Below the pieces are notes generated by a model. The model ran no database searches. It saw nothing but the letters and a program-made list of their open reading frames with translations, and was not told the origin of the DNA. Of a DNA stretch of 64,000 nt, positions 29,990 to 39,416 are shown piece after piece. Both the position numbers and the translations under genes were made by a program. Numbering within the stretch: the stretch's first letter is position 1; each line of letters starts with the position of its first letter. Location: contig OZ242005.1 in NCBI GenBank assembly GCA_965204725.1, forward strand, positions 832,001 to 896,000, read 5' to 3'. The DNA comes from Candidatus Latescibacterota bacterium (lineage in GTDB: Bacteria; Latescibacterota; UBA2968; UBA8231).

Positions 29990-30883
29990 ATGGCCGATGA
30001 CATCACCGCACAGCCGGTCCCACAAAAGAATCCAGATACGAGCGATTCAATCGCGGTCGAGTGGCTTAATTCCAAGCTCGCTGAAATTGAGAAGCATACC
30101 TGTATGGATGCGCTGACAATTTTCGGTCCGATTATGGAGTCAGTCGATCACCGCGTTAGGTTGGCGATCGAAAGGGTCCCGAAACGCCGCGAAGGTTCGC
30201 TCGTGATCATTGATACAACTGGTGGCATTGTCGAGGTCGCCGAACGCATTGTTACCACGCTCAGGCATTACTACAAAGAGGTGAAGTTTCTCATTCCCGA
30301 TAAGGCGATGTCGGCGGGGACGGTGCTCGTGATGTCTGGGGACGCAATTTTGATGGATTACTTTTCTTGTTTGGGGCCGGTTGATCCCCAGTTATATATA
30401 GAAGACAAACCAATCCCAATATCGGTTCTTTCTTATCTTGAGCAATACGAACGCTTCGTCAAAAAAGCCGAAGAAGGCACCCTGACAAGTGAGGACTTGG
30501 TGCTACTTCAGAAACTTGATGCTGCTGATTTGCGTCAATACGAACTGGCAGCCGAGCTATCAGTTCGACTCATTCAACATTGGCTTGTAAAGTACAAATT
30601 CAAGGATTGGTCAACACACAGTTCTACAGGGAAAACAGTTACCCAAGAAGAAAAGGAGAAGCGTGCGGAAGAAATTGCCCAAGCACTTAACGATCAAGAA
30701 AGATGGGGCACTCATGGACGTGGAATTAACCGAGATGTTCTTGCTGAATTGAAGCTCAAAATTGATGACTTGGAAGCCGATCCTACGTTGAGCAACTTGA
30801 TCAAGGAATACTTCTGGTTTTTCGGGGATCTTGCATTCAAGGAAGAAGCAAATAGTCTAGTCCATAACCGTTATTTCCCCTAA
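29990..30883 (+). CDS. ClpP-fold serine protease (SDH_sah family)
   Basis: IDTTGG, AMSAGT, LGPVDPQ, HGRGI; GGAG RBS. Confidence 0.82.
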   Translation: MADDITAQPVPQKNPDTSDSIAVEWLNSKLAEIEKHTCMDALTIFGPIMESVDHRVRLAIERVPKRREGSLVIIDTTGGIVEVAERIVTTLRHYYKEVKFLIPDKAMSAGTVLVMSGDAILMDYFSCLGPVDPQLYIEDKPIPISVLSYLEQYERFVKKAEEGTLTSEDLVLLQKLDAADLRQYELAAELSVRLIQHWLVKYKFKDWSTHSSTGKTVTQEEKEKRAEEIAQALNDQERWGTHGRGINRDVLAELKLKIDDLEADPTLSNLIKEYFWFFGDLAFKEEANSLVHNRYFP

Positions 30884-31807
30884 GAAGCCTTTTTAAAACT
30901 CCTTTTTTGCTTGGATTTGACGTAGGCGTACTCACCGCACCCCTTCAGGTTTCGCCTAAGAACCCTGAACGAAAGGTCTCCGATGAGTACGCCATATCAA
31001 TATCCGACCGACCTAACAGACGCGCAATGGCAGCGGCTGTCTCCCTTCTTGCCCTCGCGTCGTTGGCGTCGTGGGGGTCCGGGTCGTCCGCCCCGGACTC
31101 TACGTTTGGTGCTCAATGGGATCCTCTATCGGGCTAAAACCGGCTGTCCGTGGCCGATGCTGCCGCCGACGTTTGGGCCGTGGCAAACAGTGTATGGATA
31201 CTTCAATCGCTGGCGGCGAGACGGGCACTGGCCCCGGATACTGGACGCCTTGACCCGCCAACAGCGCACCCAACAAGGCCGCCGGCCAACCCCGTCGGCC
31301 GGCGGCATCGACGCCCAGAGTGTTAAGACCGCAACCCAAGGCCGAGCCATCGGCTACGACGCCGGGAAACGGGTCAAAGGACGCAAACGCCACCTGTTAG
31401 TCGATAGCCAAGGATCGATCCTGCAATGTAAGGTCACCGCCGCCGATGTCTCCGACGCCGACGGCCTAAAGGCCCTGTTGAGGGACTATTTCTCCGCCGG
31501 CGTCCAACGGCTGAGAAGAGTATGGGTCGATGCCGGTTACCGAGGGGAGGCGCTCAACGCATGGGTCGCCAACTTAAAACAAACCTATAAAATCCGATTG
31601 GACGTCCGTGAAAAACCACGTCCAGGCTTTACCCTACTCAAGCGCCGATGGGTCGTCGAACGAACCTTTGCTTGGTTGGGTAACTATCGTATCCACGCCA
31701 AAGACTATGAAACCTTAACCGACAATAGCCAAGCCTTTATACATATCGTTATGATCCATCTGTTGCTCAAGCGAAAAAACAAAGAAAAAGAGTTTTAAAA
31801 AGGCTTC
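30884..31807 (+). mobile_element. IS5-family (IS1031-like) insertion sequence, complete
   Basis: Perfect 18-bp TIRs gaagcctttttaaaactc (30884-30901 and 31790-31807); TAA target duplication (30881-83 and 31808-10). Confidence 0.95.
30983..31798 (+). CDS. IS5-family DDE transposase
   Basis: YPTDLTDAQW, IDAQSVK, GRKRHLLVD, WVDAGY, RWVVERTFAW. Confidence 0.95.
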   Translation: MSTPYQYPTDLTDAQWQRLSPFLPSRRWRRGGPGRPPRTLRLVLNGILYRAKTGCPWPMLPPTFGPWQTVYGYFNRWRRDGHWPRILDALTRQQRTQQGRRPTPSAGGIDAQSVKTATQGRAIGYDAGKRVKGRKRHLLVDSQGSILQCKVTAADVSDADGLKALLRDYFSAGVQRLRRVWVDAGYRGEALNAWVANLKQTYKIRLDVREKPRPGFTLLKRRWVVERTFAWLGNYRIHAKDYETLTDNSQAFIHIVMIHLLLKRKNKEKEF

Positions 31808-31821
31808 TAAAAGGAGGCCCC

Positions 31822-32049
31822 ATGCCAAGAAAAGACCTACTTATGCCCATGCCCACCGAAGAGCAGATCGCAAAGAACCCGGCGGTTGATCCTAAGATCG
31901 TCAAAGAGGCACAGCAAATGCGCCGAGAGCTCGAAGAATTGGGAGTGTGGGAGGATAGCGGCAGTCGGGTGAGTAATCCCTTTGAAACCAAGCCGACCTC
32001 GAAGCCACGCGAAGAAAGCAAAAGTCGGCTCATCACGCAGAACCGATGA
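31822..32049 (+). CDS. Small hypothetical protein, originally adjacent to the ClpP-like gene
   Basis: AGGAGG RBS directly after the IS target duplication. Confidence 0.6.
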   Translation: MPRKDLLMPMPTEEQIAKNPAVDPKIVKEAQQMRRELEELGVWEDSGSRVSNPFETKPTSKPREESKSRLITQNR

Positions 32050-32083
32050 CTCCTATCGGCTGCGAGAAAAACGCCTCTCTCAC

Positions 32084-32331
32084 ATGACCCCTAATCCCGA
32101 ACTGCTCAAGCGCATCACCGCCCGGACGTCTTTGGCGGCAAGCCCATCATTCGCAACATGCGAATTTCGGTAGAACTCATCCTGAGCCTGATGACACAGG
32201 GCGTGACGACAAAGGCCATTCTGGAGGATTACCCCGAACTGGAACCAGACGACATCCGCGCCTGTACGGCCTACGCCCACGCAGTTATCGCCAAAGATAC
32301 ACTGGCCGCCGTAGCGATTGCGGATTCGTGA
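32084..32331 (+). pseudogene. DUF433 antitoxin-like gene, frameshifted copy
   Basis: Near-identical to 34610-34852 but lacks 4 nt at accgcccg(cccg)ga. Confidence 0.85.
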
Positions 32332-32376
32332 GATTCCTACGTAGAGCAGAGCCGCCAACACAAAAAAGGGAACTTC

Positions 32377-32556
32377 ATGGACCAAATCACAATCAAAAAC
32401 TTTCGCTGCTTCCGCGACAAACAGACCGCCCGTTTAGCACCACTGACGCTACTTGTCGGGGAGAATAGCACCGGCAAGACCTCGTTCATGGCCCTGATCC
32501 GGGCACTTTGTATGGAACGGTCTATTTGGAAGAGACGGAAGGCTAAAGGGAGTTGA
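32377..32556 (+). pseudogene. AAA/ABC ATPase N-terminal fragment
   Basis: MDQITIKNFRCF...LLVGENSTGKTS then ends at 59 aa. Confidence 0.75.
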
Positions 32557-32559
32557 GCC

Positions 32560-32754
32560 ATGTGTGCAATTGTCGATGCGAATGTAGCCAATGAAGTTTT
32601 CGGTCCCTGTAAATCTGAGGCAGGAAAGAAATTCTATGATTGGATCAACGCAGCAACGGGGCGTTTGGTAGTCGGCGGCAAGTTGCTTGCAGAACTCAAA
32701 GAAGGTTCGCCAAAATTCAGAATCGACGCTATGCTCCTAGCAGGGCCGAGGTGA
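32560..32754 (+). pseudogene. PIN-like N-terminal fragment fused to a DUF1156 C-terminus
   Basis: MCAIVDANV...; ends IDAMLLAGPR versus LDAMLLAVPR of DUF1156. Confidence 0.6.
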
Positions 32755-32776
32755 ATACGACCATTGGAGGAAAAGT

Positions 32777-33655
32777 ATGCTGATACGACACAGGATAATT
32801 TTGGCTCTCCTCAGACGGATGCCGGAGCCGATCACGAGAATGTTCTTTGTGAAATTGGTCTTCCTATTGCGTCACGAGACGGCCCTAAAGAATGTAGCCA
32901 GCTTCTATGACTTCGTGCCGTACAAATACGGTCCTTTTTCCTTTACTCTGTACCGGGATTTAGAACTTCTCCGCCAAGGTGGGTACGCAACCATCGAAGA
33001 CGAGATCGCGCTCTGCGAGCACACTGTCAACCAAACACAGATAGAGATCGAAAAACTATCCGATCCGATGGCATCAGCAGTAAGCGACATTGTGGACCGA
33101 TACGGCGCACTGAGCCAAAATGCCTTGATAAAAAACATGTACGCTAGATACCCATGGTTCGCACTCAACAGTGAACTTCCTGAGCGCAATCTGGTTTCGA
33201 CGCAACGTCCTAGAAGGGCTAAACCAGCCGTGTACACGGCTGGGTACGAGGGAAAATCGGTAGATGCTTTTTTCAATGCTCTCTTATTGCACGGCATTGA
33301 TGCACTTATCGATGTAAGGGCGAATCCTTCCTCCCGGAAATATGGATTTTCCAAGCGGCGACTGAGTCAGTTATGCGGCCGGTTGGATATTGAGTACCGC
33401 CACATGCCGAATTTGGGAGTGCCTAGCAGTGCCCGGACCAGTTTGGGAAGTTACGCCTCGTATCAACGCCTTCTGAGTTGGTACGAATGCTCAATGCTGC
33501 CCCAGCATGGTGCCGCAGTAGAAGAACTCGGCTGCCTCATGGGCCAGAAGCCATCCGTCCTTGTATGCGTAGAAGCAGACATCGAGTGTTGTCACCGAAG
33601 CAGGCTGGCCAAAGCCGTGGCGGACTCTACTGGCCTGGAGGTCGTGCATCTATGA
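32777..33655 (+). CDS. DUF488 family protein with N-terminal SocA/Panacea-like domain
   Basis: KLVFLL...FVPYKYGPFS; YTAGYEG, IDVRANPSSRKYGFSK, LVCVEADIECCHRS. Confidence 0.8.
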   Translation: MLIRHRIILALLRRMPEPITRMFFVKLVFLLRHETALKNVASFYDFVPYKYGPFSFTLYRDLELLRQGGYATIEDEIALCEHTVNQTQIEIEKLSDPMASAVSDIVDRYGALSQNALIKNMYARYPWFALNSELPERNLVSTQRPRRAKPAVYTAGYEGKSVDAFFNALLLHGIDALIDVRANPSSRKYGFSKRRLSQLCGRLDIEYRHMPNLGVPSSARTSLGSYASYQRLLSWYECSMLPQHGAAVEELGCLMGQKPSVLVCVEADIECCHRSRLAKAVADSTGLEVVHL

Positions 33656-34479
33656 AGGGCCTCACTGATAAGCAGATGCTCAAGGTATTGATCACGGTCA
33701 AAACCTATCCGATCCCCTCCTCAAAGTACGACGAACTGGTTTGCACGGCCGGAGTGACGGAGACTGGGGATTTCGTGCGCCTCTATCCAATCAACTTTCG
33801 CGATCTGCCGTACAGCCGGCAGTACAAAAAGTATCAGTGGATAACAGTCACGGCTGAGCCACATGGCACAAGTGACGTACGAAAGGAAAGCTACCGCCCG
33901 GATAGTGACTCGATACAACTCGGTGAGATAGTCAAGAGTAACCCAGGAAATTGGCAGGAGCGTGCCCGCTATGCTTTGGCGAAAAAGGCCTGCTCCATTG
34001 AAGATCTGCGAGAAAGGCAAGAGGACAACGGCACCTCTCTGGGCGTTTTCAAGCCAAAGATCGTGCGTGACCTTGTCTTTTCGCCTGACGAGACCGACTG
34101 GAAGCCTCAGTTCAAGGCAGCACTGCAACAAGCTAGGCTATGGGAGACGCGCACGGTTAGTCTGAGAGAACCACCTCGTAAGGTGCCTTTTAAGTTTCAG
34201 TACCAATTTGAATGCGATGACTCACGGTGCAATGGGCACCAAATGATGATCGAGGACTGGGAGGTAGGAGCACTATTTTGGAAGCTCGTGGATAAGGGAA
34301 CCGATCACGAGGATGCAGCAACCCAGGTGCGGAAGAAGTTTTTGGACGATCTTTGCGGGCCTGACAAGGATACGCACTTCTTCGTGGGAACAATCCTCGC
34401 TTACCCCAAAAGCTGGGTCGTGATCGGCGTTTTTTACCCGAAAGTCGATCAACCAAAGCCACCAAGCCTTTTTGATTAA
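33652..34479 (+). CDS. Conserved hypothetical partner of DUF488
   Basis: ATGA overlap; VKTYP...VCTAG...VRLYP, RKESY, CxxxxCxxH, IEDWE, FFVGT. Confidence 0.75.
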   Translation: MKGLTDKQMLKVLITVKTYPIPSSKYDELVCTAGVTETGDFVRLYPINFRDLPYSRQYKKYQWITVTAEPHGTSDVRKESYRPDSDSIQLGEIVKSNPGNWQERARYALAKKACSIEDLRERQEDNGTSLGVFKPKIVRDLVFSPDETDWKPQFKAALQQARLWETRTVSLREPPRKVPFKFQYQFECDDSRCNGHQMMIEDWEVGALFWKLVDKGTDHEDAATQVRKKFLDDLCGPDKDTHFFVGTILAYPKSWVVIGVFYPKVDQPKPPSLFD

Positions 34480-34501
34480 AGTACCAATGAACATACCAAT
34501 G

Positions 34502-34584
34502 CTCCGCCTTGCCAACGCCCTATCCTCCCTCTACCCTCAAGGCTGCAACTCTCGACGCCATGCTGCCTAGCGGTGCCGAGGTAG
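34502..34584 (+). repeat. Degenerate copy of the DUF1156 3' end
   Basis: ctccgccttgccaacgccctatcc.ccctctaccctcaaggct...ctcgacgccatgctgc...gcggtgccgaggt matches 29755-29847. Confidence 0.9.
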
Positions 34585-34609
34585 CCGGACGTAACCTACG
34601 GAGAGAGAC

Positions 34610-34852
34610 ATGACCCCTAATCCCGAACTGCTCAAGCTCATCACCGCCCGCCCGGAAGTCTTTGGCGGCAAGCCCATCATTCGCGACATGCGAATTTCAG
34701 TAGAACTCATCCTGAGCCTGATGACACAGGGCGTGACGACAAAGGCCATTCTGGAGGATTACCCCGAACTGGAACCAGACGACATCCGCGCCTGTACGGC
34801 CTACGCCCACGCAGTTATCGCTAAAGATACACTGGCCACCGTAAGGAGGTGA
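34610..34852 (+). CDS. DUF433 domain protein
   Basis: PEVFGGKPIIRDMRISV...ILEDYPELEPDDIRAC. Confidence 0.88.
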   Translation: MTPNPELLKLITARPEVFGGKPIIRDMRISVELILSLMTQGVTTKAILEDYPELEPDDIRACTAYAHAVIAKDTLATVRR

Positions 34853-34856
34853 CAGC

Positions 34857-35822
34857 ATGGCACTCTATGGAAACGACCACGCAATATGGCAAGTATCTGC
34901 CGGCCCTACTAATCGATCCTACGCCAATAAGTTCCTGAAGTACGACGTAGCACTGATTGGTCCCGGAAATTCGGGACAGTGGCGTCCTGACCGATCCGAC
35001 GAGGAATTTGCAGGTAGGTTTGTTCGGTATTTTGCCGACCAGCTATGCAGTGGCGATGTGCTACTGCTTCGGACGGGTCAAAAGACCATACGGGCGGTCG
35101 GCTTGGTTACAGGAAAGTACCAGTACCTGCCGCAGTTTGACGACGTAAATGGCTGGGACTTGCAACATGGGCGGCGCGTACGCTGGTGTCCGCTTCCCGA
35201 GCCGTACGATTTTGGCAGACCAGTTTTTGGCGCGAACCCGCCTCGAATATCGCGTGTTCATGTGGAAGACGTCGTGGATTATGCAAATCGTTTTGTTCAA
35301 TCAGAACCCACGGATTGGCAAACTAAGGCTTTGCCAAGGTTGCCTAAGAAGGGAGCGGAACTCAAAGCACCACCACCGGAATTGCAGGAGATTGTCACTC
35401 AAGTCCATGACTTTTTAGATTTGTATTGGAATGAGGACAACTTCGGGACGCCACCAGTGGAGGATGAGTTAGTCGCGCACTACGTCGTTCCTTTCCTGCG
35501 CGCCCTAGGATGGCCCGTTGAGAGAATTGCGGTGAAATGGCGCGATATAGACCTGTGTGTGTTCTCCGCGCTGCCGAGAAAACCAGAGCATTGCCACTAC
35601 TTGATTGAGGCCAAACGATTGGGTGCAGGCGTTGAAGGTGCGCTTGAGCAGGCAAGAGGCTATGTCTCAGCCCTCGGCGTACCGTGTGACGTGGTCGTTA
35701 CCGATGGCATCCGCTACCGGATGTATGAGGCCAGTAAGAATTTCGAGCCCGTCGCCTACGCGAATCTGGCGCGTCTAAAGCAATCGTCCTTAGAATTATT
35801 CGCACGTATGCGCAGACCGTAA
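34857..35822 (+). CDS. Putative nuclease: McrB/Mrr-N-like N-domain + HsdR_N-type PD-(D/E)xK domain
   Basis: GDVLLLR...AVGLVTGKY...RRVRW; VVPFLRALGW, IDL...LIEAK, EQARGY, VVTDG. Confidence 0.7.
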   Translation: MALYGNDHAIWQVSAGPTNRSYANKFLKYDVALIGPGNSGQWRPDRSDEEFAGRFVRYFADQLCSGDVLLLRTGQKTIRAVGLVTGKYQYLPQFDDVNGWDLQHGRRVRWCPLPEPYDFGRPVFGANPPRISRVHVEDVVDYANRFVQSEPTDWQTKALPRLPKKGAELKAPPPELQEIVTQVHDFLDLYWNEDNFGTPPVEDELVAHYVVPFLRALGWPVERIAVKWRDIDLCVFSALPRKPEHCHYLIEAKRLGAGVEGALEQARGYVSALGVPCDVVVTDGIRYRMYEASKNFEPVAYANLARLKQSSLELFARMRRP

Positions 35823-35959
35823 CCAGAGAAAAAACGTGGCCCCTTGGCACAAAATCGTAATGCTCCGCAAGGAAGTGAGCGAAGGCCGCTCTTTAGCACG
35901 GGCGAGCGGTGAGATGCCTCATTGGCAGACGAGCCGGTCTCCGCGCAGGGAGGATATTC

Positions 35960-37139
35960 GATGAGCAAAACAGCCTCCATAGATTATATCCGCATCCAGG
36001 GCTTCCGATCCTTGAAGGATGTCGAGCTTGCGGGAATTCCCAAGGCAGCGGTTCTAATCGGAGCCAACGGCTCAGGCAAGTCCAACTTTATTCGCTTCTT
36101 TGAAATGATGAACTGGATGCTTGAGCATCGCAGGCTCGCTGAGTTCATCGGTAGCCGAGGAGGGGCCGATGACCAATTACATGGCGGCAGCCGACGGACG
36201 TCACACATAGAGGCCGAAGTTAGATTGCACATCGATGAGGGCTATGGCGACTATAGGTTCATGCTTTCCCGTGCTCAGCCCGACCGTTTCATATTCGCGG
36301 ATGAAGCATTCCGATTTATCTATCCCAACGATTCCCATGGCGAGACAGATTGGTATCCTCTCGGAAGTGGCCATTCGGAAGCAAAGATAGTCGATGCCGT
36401 ACAACTCTTCTCACCTTCGGCTAGCTCATTCCCTGCCACCCTCGCCACCCTCGATTGGCTCGAAGCCAATCCGCTTACTGCCGAGCGCATTATCAATCGA
36501 CTGCGGAAGTGTTCGATATATCAATTTCACGATACATCCGACGAGTCGAATTTCAAAAAGAGATGGGATGCTGAGGACAACAATGACCTTCTTAACCACG
36601 GGGGCAACTTGGCCGCCGTGCTACTCAGGTTGGAGCGGGAAGACATCAAGCGATACGAGAGAATCTGCCAGCACATCAGCCGAGTCTTGCCGCTCTTCGA
36701 CCGTTTTCAGGTCGAGGAGAGCTACGGAAAAGTATTGCTGAGATGGAAAGCCAAGTGGACGGACAAGACCTTCGGCGCACACCTCACGTCCGATGGCTCG
36801 CTGCGGTTCTTTGCCTTGGTGACACTACTCAATCTACCGCCGGAGATGTTGCCCGATGTCCTCTTGTTGGACGAACCGGAACTGGGCCTGCATCCGGCCG
36901 CCATCGCTTTAATCGGGGGTATGATAAAGTCCCTCGCCGAGGAAAGGCAGGTCATTGTGGCAACGCAATCGCCCTTGCTAGTTGATGCGTTTGGTCTCGA
37001 CGAGATTTTCGTGTTAGAGCTACGGGACGGTCGCACTGAAGTTCGCAAACACGCCCCGGATGACTATCAGGTGTGGCTCGACGACAACTTCACATCGGGT
37101 GAGCTTTGGCAGAAGAACCTGCTCGGAGGACGCCCATGA
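35960..37139 (+). CDS. AAA_21/COG4637-type ATPase
   Basis: IQGFRS, GANGSGKSN, TSDGSLR, LLLDEPELGLHP, ATQSP. Confidence 0.88.
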
Positions 37140-37243
37140 TCCGAGTTGACGGCCCCCTTTTAGCAATGGAGATAGGCTTAGCCAAAATTCGCGCTAAATG
37201 TCCTCGGTTCGATGGCTGGGTAACGAGCTTGGAGTCGCTGGGG
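37136..37243 (+). pseudogene. DUF4276-like partner reduced to its two termini
   Basis: ATGA overlap with the ATPase; MIRV fused in frame to DGPLLAMEIGLAKIRAKCPRFDGWVTSLESL. Confidence 0.65.
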
Positions 37244-37279
37244 AGCTGAGATTAAACTGCCGCATAGGAGAGATACAGC

Positions 37280-38614
37280 ATGGCCCTCAACCCTTGGTAC
37301 AAAATCGTAACGCTTCGCAAGGAAGTGCGCGAAGGCCGCTCGTTTAGCCCGGACGAGTTCGCCATCGCCCTTGAGCAGATCGTAGCCCAAACCGCCCCGG
37401 CCGATTATCGCGAGCCAGCGCAATTCTTCTCACGCACCTGCTTCACCCGCGCCCTAAAGGAACACGCCGGCATGGTCCTCCGGCGACTTTCCGGCAAGAC
37501 CGAGAACACAGCACCCGTCCTCACGCTCGTCACCCAATTCGGCGGCGGCAAGATGCACACCCTCGCTTCCCTCTACCATATCGCCAATGCCGGCGCGGAG
37601 GCCGCCCAGTTCCTCGGGGTGGCAGACCTCCTAAACGAGGCGGGGATCGCAAAAGCTCCGCCCGCTCGCGTCGGCGTCTTCGTCGGCAACGCCTGGGACC
37701 CGGCCGAGGGTCGAGAGACGCCTTGGATCGAACTAGCGCGTCAACTGGCGGGCGATAAGGGCGTGGCCGCGCTCGGTACTGCCGCGAAAACCACACCCCC
37801 GGGAACCGAGGCGCTGGCCAACGTATTCGCCGCTGCGGACGCGCCCGTGCTGCTGTTGTTCGATGAAGTCCTAAACTTCGTCAACCGCCATCGCGACCTA
37901 GCCGAGCCTTTCCACGCCTTCCTGCAAAATCTGACCGTCGCGGTCACCGGCACCACGCGGGCCGCCGCGGTCATCAGTCTGCCGCGCAGCCAAGTTGAAA
38001 TGACCGATTGGGATCAGCAGTGGCAAGACCGAATCACCAAGGTGGTGCGCCGCGTCGCTCGCGATCTAATTGCCAACGACGAATCCGAAATTAGCGAAGT
38101 GGTGCGCCGGCGGCTGTTTGAAGACCTCGGCAACGAGCGCGTTCGCAAGCGCGTCGCCAAGACGTACGCGGACTGGTGCTTTGAACGCACCGCCCGCTTA
38201 CCGGCCGAGTGGCTGGCGGTCGATACCGCGACGACTGAGGCCAAGGCAAGGGAATTTTTGCGGGACCGCTTCGCAACGTGCTATCCCTTTCATCCGGCGA
38301 CCCTCTCGGTCTTTCAGCGCAAGTGGCGCGCACTCACTCAGTTCCAGCAAACCCGAGGGGCGCTGGCCATGCTAGCGCAATGGATTTCTTGGGCCGCCCG
38401 CGAGCAATTCACAAAGGCGCGCACCGAGCCGCTGATTACGCTGGGATCGGCGCCATTAGACGTGTCCGAGTTCCGCGCTGTGGTTTTGGGCCAGTTGGGC
38501 GAGTCGCGGCTCGACGTGGCGATTGACTCCGATCTCGACCTTGAGGATCAGGTACGCGTCGAACGATCGCAGCCCCCTCGGGCTACCCTTCCTCCCGCGC
38601 CACCTTCCCCTTGA
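37280..38614 (+). pseudogene. DUF499 AAA+ ATPase, truncated
   Basis: MALNPWY...EFAIAL, QFGGGKMH (Walker A Thr replaced by Met), LLFDE, YPFHP, FQQTRG; ends at 444 aa and overlaps the convergent SDR. Confidence 0.8.
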
Positions 38615-39416
38615 CAATTCGCTCGGCCAGCGGCGGCCACAAGGCGTGAATCACCGCCAGCAGCCTGAGCCGTCTAGGCACATACAGCCGCTGCTGTCGC
38701 TTCTGCATCCCGCGCACAATGGCCTGCGCCGCGGCCTCCAAGCTCACCGCGTCCGCCCGGTGTTTGCGCGATGCAGCACCCAACGCCTTCCCGTCCTTCC
38801 CCAAGGCGCGTTGCCGTAGATCGGTCCCCTTGAGCCAGTGCAAGAGCACGGTCATCACCCCCACCCCGCTAGCGGCCACCTCCATCCGCAACGCGTCGCA
38901 AAACCCCTGCAGCGCGTGTTTGGACGCCGAATACCCCGTGTGCAGCGGCACCCCCACCTGCCCCTGAATGGACGAAATAGCCACGAATAGGCCCTTGCTT
39001 TTTTTGAGATGCGGCAGCGCCGGATGCACGCAGTACACAGCCCCCAAGTAATTCACCTCCATCAGGGTGCGGAACAAGGCCACCTCCTCGATCGCGGCAA
39101 ACGCGGTCCACATGCTGAGGCCGGCGTTGGCGACCAAGTAGTCTATGCGGCCAAAGTGCTCGATCGCGGCCTCAACCAGCCGCTTGCCAGCCTCGGCCAA
39201 GGAGACATCCCCGACGACGGTCACCACCTCGCTCCCCAACTGCTCGCACGCTCGGGCGACGGCCTCTAGCCGCTCGGCATCGCGCGCCAAAATAACCAGC
39301 CGCGCTCCCTGCTGGGCGCATTCCAACGCCAGCGCCGCGCCCAAGCCGGTAGAAGCCCCGGTAATGACGACCGTCTTATTGCTCAGGCTTTTCGCCCGCC
39401 CGGCCAAAAATCCCAT
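38583..39416 (-). CDS. SDR oxidoreductase, DHRS7B/11-beta-HSD-like; candidate acyl/alkyl-DHAP reductase
   Basis: TGASTGLG, ANAG, ISSIQG, YSASK; start overlaps the AGPS stop. Confidence 0.85.
   Translation of the reverse strand: MGFLAGRAKSLSNKTVVITGASTGLGAALALECAQQGARLVILARDAERLEAVARACEQLGSEVVTVVGDVSLAEAGKRLVEAAIEHFGRIDYLVANAGLSMWTAFAAIEEVALFRTLMEVNYLGAVYCVHPALPHLKKSKGLFVAISSIQGQVGVPLHTGYSASKHALQGFCDALRMEVAASGVGVMTVLLHWLKGTDLRQRALGKDGKALGAASRKHRADAVSLEAAAQAIVRGMQKRQQRLYVPRRLRLLAVIHALWPPLAERIVKGKVAREEG

Noticed and set aside
29755-35900. Classical integron with attC sites
   Set aside because: No IntI and no attC-like palindromes; the spacers are gene-end copies
18958-38614. Canonical BREX system or prophage
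   Set aside because: No PglZ, BrxL or BrxA, and no phage structural or integrase genes
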